Shown here piece after piece: positions 59,052-64,000 of a stretch of 64,000 nucleotides of DNA. The notes beneath the pieces were generated by a model, which made no database searches, had not been told where the DNA came from, and worked only from the letters and a program-made list of their open reading frames with translations. Both the position numbers and the translations under genes were made by a program. Source of the DNA: an uncultured Gemmatimonadaceae bacterium (lineage in GTDB: Bacteria; Gemmatimonadota; Gemmatimonadetes; Gemmatimonadales; Gemmatimonadaceae); NCBI GenBank assembly GCA_963781585.1, contig CAWAGQ010000006.1, positions 128,001 to 192,000 on the forward strand, in the 5' to 3' direction. Each line of letters begins with the position of its first letter. Position 1 is the stretch's first letter.

Positions 59052-59818
59052 TCGGACCATCGCAGACGCTGCTCCTGTTCGTGATCGTGCTGGGGATCGT
59101 GATCCTGTCCAATGCCATTCGGGTCGTGCGGGAGTACGAGCGGCTGGTGGTGTTCCGGCTGGGTCGTCTGATCGGCGACAAGGGCCCCGGACTGGTGATC
59201 CTGATTCCGATCGTGGACCGGGCGGTGAAGGTCGGGCTTCGGACGGTGGCGATGGACGTGCCCCCGCAGGACATCATCACCCGCGACAACGTGACGGTGA
59301 AGGTGAACGCGGTCATCTTTTTCCGCGTGATGAGTGCGAAAGCGGCGGTGGTCCAGGTGGAGGACTTTCTGTTTGCCACCTCACAGATCGCACAGACGAC
59401 GCTGCGCTCGATTCTGGGCCAGCAGGAGCTCGACCAGCTGCTCGCCGAGCGTGAGAAGCTGAACCAGGCGCTCCAGCAGGTGATCGACCGGCACACCGAA
59501 CCGTGGGGCGTGAAGGTGAGCACGGTCGAGGTGAAGAACGTGGATCTGCCCCAGGAGATGCAGCGGGCGATCGCGCGGCAGGCCGAGGCGGAGCGCGAAC
59601 GGCGCGCCAAGGTGATCAATGCGGAGGGCGAATTCCAGGCGGCGGCGCAGCTGGCGGAAGCGGCCAAGGTGATCGCGGCCCAGCCTGTCGCGCTCCAGCT
59701 CCGCTACCTGCAGACGCTGGCGGAGATAGCGACCGAGAACAATTCGACCACCATCTTCCCGGTACCGGTGGACTTTCTGGCGGCGTTCATGGGCTCGGCC
59801 CTGACGCGAGGGGGATGA
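59048..59818 (+). CDS. Stomatin-like (slipin) SPFH protein
   Basis: [50 protein letters not shown]. Confidence 0.95.
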   Translation: MIGPSQTLLLFVIVLGIVILSNAIRVVREYERLVVFRLGRLIGDKGPGLVILIPIVDRAVKVGLRTVAMDVPPQDIITRDNVTVKVNAVIFFRVMSAKAAVVQVEDFLFATSQIAQTTLRSILGQQELDQLLAEREKLNQALQQVIDRHTEPWGVKVSTVEVKNVDLPQEMQRAIARQAEAERERRAKVINAEGEFQAAAQLAEAAKVIAAQPVALQLRYLQTLAEIATENNSTTIFPVPVDFLAAFMGSALTRGG

Positions 59819-60247
59819 TTGGGGGGTCAGCGAAGACGTGGCGCGTCCGTCAGCGCCACGTGGCGAGTTGCTGATCGCGCCGTTTGCGGGGTCGCTCTGC
59901 TCGCGGGCGCGTGCAGCCACCACGCCAGGCCCGCGACCGACGATCCCCGAGCGGCAACGCGCCAATGCGTCGAGGCGCAGGTCCAGCTTGCCGGCTACCG
60001 CATTCTGAGTCGCGACGAGGGAGGCATCTACGCCGTGAGCGAACCGCCCAGCGGCTCGTTGAATCAGCCCCAGCAGGGCGTATTCGATCGCCTCAGCGTC
60101 CACTTCCTGGCGCACGGCTTCACCACCGAAGGCTCGAGCTGGGCGAGCGATCCGTACGCCGCGCGCGGCGCGGTGCGCCAGGTGGAGGAGTCGATGCGGC
60201 TGCGCGCGCTCGAAGCCACGCTCGAGCGCACCTGTGCGCCGTCGTGA
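59819..60247 (+). CDS. Hypothetical lipoprotein (start uncertain)
   Basis: LAGAC lipobox-like motif; fills the gap between slipin and the convergent gene. Confidence 0.55.
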   Translation: MGGQRRRGASVSATWRVADRAVCGVALLAGACSHHARPATDDPRAATRQCVEAQVQLAGYRILSRDEGGIYAVSEPPSGSLNQPQQGVFDRLSVHFLAHGFTTEGSSWASDPYAARGAVRQVEESMRLRALEATLERTCAPS

Positions 60248-60250
60248 CGG

Positions 60251-61972
60251 TCAGGGCGGCGATCCCGAGACCTCGAGGACGCGAAGCGCAATCTCGCGCG
60301 GCGACATCCGGAGCGTCGTCAGGGTCCGGACGTGATCGCCTTCGGCCGGCAATCCAACGGACAGGGGCGTGGCCGCGGGCACGTTGCAGAAGGTCGCCAC
60401 ACCCGCCGAGTCCGTGATTGCCTGATCGGCGTGCGCGCGGGCCCCGAGGCCGGACCTGCGCCCGCGTGAGACCTGCGCCGTCTCGTTCCAGGTGAGGCGC
60501 AGCGTCACGCCGGGCAACGGAGCGCGGGAATCGTCGTGGATCAAGGTGAGCCTCAGCGTCGCCTCGCTCGCACCGGGCATGCGCCCGTCGCACATGGCGA
60601 ACGCGATGCCCGCAGCATTTGGGGCACGGAAGGAGAGTTCGCGGCGCGCTCCCTCCTCCAGCACGATGTCGGTCCGGCCGATACGCACTCCGTAGCGCGC
60701 GTAGTCGGCGTGATCGGCCGCCACGGCGTAGACACCGGGCGGAAGGCTGTCGAACCGGAACCTGCCTGACGAGTCGATCATGGTACGCCACGACGTGCCC
60801 AGCAGCGTCAGGCGCGCACCCGCAAGTGGCCGGCCGGTGCTATCCCGCACGATGCCGGTGAGTTCGGCCGGCTCCTCCGACCGCGCGAGCTCCGGTGAAA
60901 AGACGAAGCCGCCCTCCTCCTCGAGCCCGACCTGCACCGGACGCACACCACCATTCGGCGCCGGCGCGATGAACAGCGAGCGAGGGATGCGCAGATACCA
61001 GCGCCGCACGATCCACGGCCCGCCCGCCAGCCGCGTGAAGAACACCCGTCCGCCCGTTCGCTCGCCCGACGCGTTATCCGGGAGGCGCAGCCACGAGAAC
61101 TCGACCCACTGCAGTTCCGAGGTTCGCGCGTCCAGCCAGACCGTGCCGCGAATCTCCGGTACGGTGCGACCGCGGACCGGCTCGAACGACAGGCCGACCA
61201 GACCACGCCGATCGCCGGTGCCGTCGGAGACGGTGAAGCAGTGGTCCCGCACGAATGCGTCGGAGAGCAGTGCGTTCGCGTCGAGCCCGTAGAAGATTGT
61301 CGTCATCTCGTTCACCGGCTGCCAGTAGCCGATCGTGGACAGCGAATCGCCGCGCAGACTTGTGAAGACGGGCGGCATGCTGTCGCTTGCGGCGCCATAG
61401 GCGCGGTGTGTCTCGTCGAGCACGGCGAGGTTGGTCGGATCGAGGGCCCGGCTGTAGCGCACCAGCTCGTAGCGCGCCAACCTGTCACGGGTTGTGATCT
61501 GCGCCGCGGTAAGGGCAGCGCGCGCGTCGTCCCAGAGCTCCGCCAGGCGCGACGCGTCGGCGAGACGGGTTCCGCACAGCGATTTGCCGGTGACCGCGAT
61601 ACCAGGAAGCGAGGTCGCAACGCGATCGAGCGCGACGTCCATGTGGCGCGCTTCCCCCGGCGCCAGCGGGAACGCATCGGACGTATAGCGTCGGGAGCCG
61701 ATGCGCTTGATCGACAGCCGGAAGCGTCCCGCTCCGGGCGCGCTCACAGTGAAGTCTCCCGTCTCACTGGTGAGCACGTTTCGCAGGCTCGCCGTGTCGG
61801 CCGCGGAGGCCGGGCTCTCGCGCTCGAGCGTCACGAGCGCGCCGGCCACGGCGGCGCCGGTCGCCCGGTCTGTGACGGTGCCGCGCACCATCTGCCCGCG
61901 AATGCTCGAGGGGCCGACCGCCAGCATCAGCAGAACGAGCAGTGAAGCGTCTCGTTTGCTTCCTCCCCGCAT
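60251..61972 (-). CDS. Exported protein with carboxypeptidase regulatory-like domains
   Basis: Signal peptide; VRGTVTD..G..V.GA.V, LLSDAF...HCF, second GIVRDS.G.PL.GA domain. Confidence 0.82.
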   Translation of the reverse strand: MRGGSKRDASLLVLLMLAVGPSSIRGQMVRGTVTDRATGAAVAGALVTLERESPASAADTASLRNVLTSETGDFTVSAPGAGRFRLSIKRIGSRRYTSDAFPLAPGEARHMDVALDRVATSLPGIAVTGKSLCGTRLADASRLAELWDDARAALTAAQITTRDRLARYELVRYSRALDPTNLAVLDETHRAYGAASDSMPPVFTSLRGDSLSTIGYWQPVNEMTTIFYGLDANALLSDAFVRDHCFTVSDGTGDRRGLVGLSFEPVRGRTVPEIRGTVWLDARTSELQWVEFSWLRLPDNASGERTGGRVFFTRLAGGPWIVRRWYLRIPRSLFIAPAPNGGVRPVQVGLEEEGGFVFSPELARSEEPAELTGIVRDSTGRPLAGARLTLLGTSWRTMIDSSGRFRFDSLPPGVYAVAADHADYARYGVRIGRTDIVLEEGARRELSFRAPNAAGIAFAMCDGRMPGASEATLRLTLIHDDSRAPLPGVTLRLTWNETAQVSRGRRSGLGARAHADQAITDSAGVATFCNVPAATPLSVGLPAEGDHVRTLTTLRMSPREIALRVLEVSGSPP

Positions 61973-62170
61973 TCGCCGATCCGACCGGCAGCTGGACACC
62001 TGGCTGATCTCCCTGACGCACTTCGGCGATGACGATGGGCGGCCGCGCACGGCCCGCAGCCGGAAAATGTGGGGACTCGCGAGGGTTGGCCAGCGACCGG
62101 GTGCGCCGGAGTTTCGCTGCCGGATGGATCGCCACTTCCTCAGGCAAGGCTCGCGGTCTATCATGGGGAT

Positions 62171-62265
62171 ACTCGTCCGGGGTGCCCGACCGCGGAACAC
62201 CGTCCGCGTGAAGGCTGAGAGAGTCCCGTCGAACCTGATCCGGTTAGGACCGGCGTAGGAAGTCG
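62171..62265 (+). ncRNA. TPP riboswitch
   Basis: GGGGTGC...GCTGAGA..CCC..GAACCTGATCCGG..CCGGCGTAGGAAG. Confidence 0.92.
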
Positions 62266-62458
62266 CGAGTGACTCGGCGTTCGCTGACGCCGGGTCCGCC
62301 TGGGAATCGATGCCGTCGCGCCTGGCGCGCGAATGGTGTGTGTGGCGCGGAATGCACCGCGCCCTCGTCCCGGCAGCGGGTCCATCGCCAGTGCGCACTG
62401 GTGCGGGCGACGGGTCGATCGGCTCCGGCGAGCCTCGACCTTCTGCCTGACGATTCCC

Positions 62459-64000
62459 ATGCTGTCCCCACATATCCGCGCGATGCTGGTCGCGCTCTTC
62501 GCTCCATCACTTGGCGGGATCTTCGCCGCTGGCCGGTCACTCGAGGCGCAGGCGACGACGCCGTTCGTTGTCGCGGGCGTGGTGGTCGACGCGTCCACCG
62601 GGGCGCCACTGGACAGCGCTCGCGTGTACGTGGCCGGAACGACACCGTTGCGGTCATACCAGATCGGGACGGGCGGGCGGTTGTACGGTCCCGAGCGTGT
62701 CGGAACCGCCCCCTTGGCGGTCACCGTTACCGGTCCCGATGGTCGCTTTCGCCTGACGCTTCCGCGGGCCACAACGCTCGTTGTGGATCGTTTCGGCTAC
62801 GCCGCGAGCGAGCGCGACGTCTCACGCGGAGACACCACGCTGGTCATCGCGCTTGCGACCCGCGTGCTGGCCCGGGCGCGTACGCTCGAGGGGCTGACGA
62901 TCACCGCGGTCCGCGCGGGCAGCGACGCACCGATCGCGCAAACCACGCTCGACCGCGCACGTCTCGAGCGGGACTACACCGGACAGGACATACCGCTCAC
63001 CCTGCGTCAGGCGCCGTCGGTCACCGCGTATTCGGAGAGCGGATCGCTGCTCAACTATTCGTACTTCCGCCTCCGCGGCGTCGACCAGTCACGCATCAAC
63101 ATCACGCTCGACGGCGTGCCGCTCAACGAACCCGAAGATCAGCAGATCTACTTCTCCGACTTTCCGGACTTCACGAGTTCGGTGCAGAGCATGCAGATAC
63201 AGCGCGGCGTGGGCACGAGCAGCTATGGCCAGGCCGCGTTCGGCGGGTCGGTGAACTTCGCATCGACGTCGCTTGCCGGGTCGCATCAGGCGACTGCCCT
63301 GGAGCTCGGCGGCGGTTCGTTCGGGATGGCCCGGGGAATGCTCGAGGCGCAAAGCGGCCAGCTCGCCAATCGCTTCGCCTTCGCCGGTCGTGTCTCCGGC
63401 GTGCGTTCGGACGGGTATCGCCAGGGCGCGACCACGGCGGCCAACAGCGCATTCATGAGTGCGGGCTACTTCGGCAACCGCAACCTGGTGAAGCTCACCG
63501 CCGAAACCGGACTCGAGCAGAACGGCCAGGCATACGAGCCATTGCCCGACAGCACGCTGCGCCGCGATCCGCGGGCGAATCCGCTGGCCGGCGTGGGCGA
63601 TCACTACCGCGAGAGCTTCGCGACGCTGAACTACACGCGCTTCCTCTCGCCTGCCGCGTCGGCGGGACTGACGGCGTACGGGTTTCTGACCAGGGGCTAC
63701 TATGACTATCCGTCGGGGGCACCGGGTCCGGCACTGCGCTACCGGTCGGCATCGCGCTGGGCCGGGGTGATTGCGGCGGCACACGCAGCGGCGGGACGCC
63801 TGATGCTGGACGGCGGCGCGCACGCGGAGACGTACTCCAAGGATCATCAGTTCGACGACCGTCCGGACCTGCAGTATCCGGGGTACTCGAACACCGGCCA
63901 CAAGACCGAAGCGTCCGCGTTCGGCAAGGCGAGTCTCGCGTTAGGTGCGGCGACCCTGTTCGGCGATCTGCAGCTTCGCACCGCCGAGTTCCGGTATCAC
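62459..64000 (+). CDS. TonB-dependent receptor, probably for thiamine (3' end runs off the window)
   Basis: Hand translation: signal peptide, GQDIP.L..P, RLRG.DQSRINITLDGVPLNEPED, IQRGVGTSS.G.AAFGGSVN; downstream of the TPP riboswitch. Confidence 0.88.
   Translation, partial: MLSPHIRAMLVALFAPSLGGIFAAGRSLEAQATTPFVVAGVVVDASTGAPLDSARVYVAGTTPLRSYQIGTGGRLYGPERVGTAPLAVTVTGPDGRFRLTLPRATTLVVDRFGYAASERDVSRGDTTLVIALATRVLARARTLEGLTITAVRAGSDAPIAQTTLDRARLERDYTGQDIPLTLRQAPSVTAYSESGSLLNYSYFRLRGVDQSRINITLDGVPLNEPEDQQIYFSDFPDFTSSVQSMQIQRGVGTSSYGQAAFGGSVNFASTSLAGSHQATALELGGGSFGMARGMLEAQSGQLANRFAFAGRVSGVRSDGYRQGATTAANSAFMSAGYFGNRNLVKLTAETGLEQNGQAYEPLPDSTLRRDPRANPLAGVGDHYRESFATLNYTRFLSPAASAGLTAYGFLTRGYYDYPSGAPGPALRYRSASRWAGVIAAAHAAAGRLMLDGGAHAETYSKDHQFDDRPDLQYPGYSNTGHKTEASAFGKASLALGAATLFGDLQLRTAEFRYH

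Noticed and set aside
567..63901. Long antisense or alternate-frame ORFs in the track (e.g. 567-2141, 5465-7273, 16409-18694, 30662-32836, 40072-42072, 62269-63705)
   Set aside because: Arg/Pro/Ala-rich shadows of real genes, expected at this GC content; no family motifs

Overview
A 64 kb, very GC-rich bacterial chromosome segment. The gene content (ADOP/PadR, DUF4097 pair with an ECF sigma, DUF5916, carboxypeptidase-regulatory-domain proteins, TonB receptors) suggests Gemmatimonadota, but this is an inference. It is mostly core or ameliorated accessory DNA, with no transposase, integrase, prophage or CRISPR array. Main contents: a radical SAM-imuA-imuB-dnaE2 mutagenesis operon with a candidate SOS-type operator; an ECF/anti-sigma/DUF4097 operon; an overlapping Type IIG-like amino-MTase + SNF2 helicase pair with no recognisable nuclease; DUF4956 + a secreted CotH-like kinase; mntH-USP-mntR with a DtxR/MntR box; a frameshifted SPFH gene; mgtE; rnz; tRNA-Ala(CGC); tRNA-Gln(CTG); an AbrB-Doc toxin-antitoxin pair; NfeD-slipin; and a TPP riboswitch ahead of a TonB receptor. 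Two window-wide signals are not explained by the genes. (1) An asymmetric motif, CGTTAGGC/GCCTAACG, recurs on both strands and forces rare TTA codons into genes; it is a candidate target of the MTase-helicase pair (hypothesis). (2) Degenerate 7-bp tandem arrays sit at gene boundaries in a biased orientation and are also translated inside dnaE2. All counts and coordinates were read by eye.
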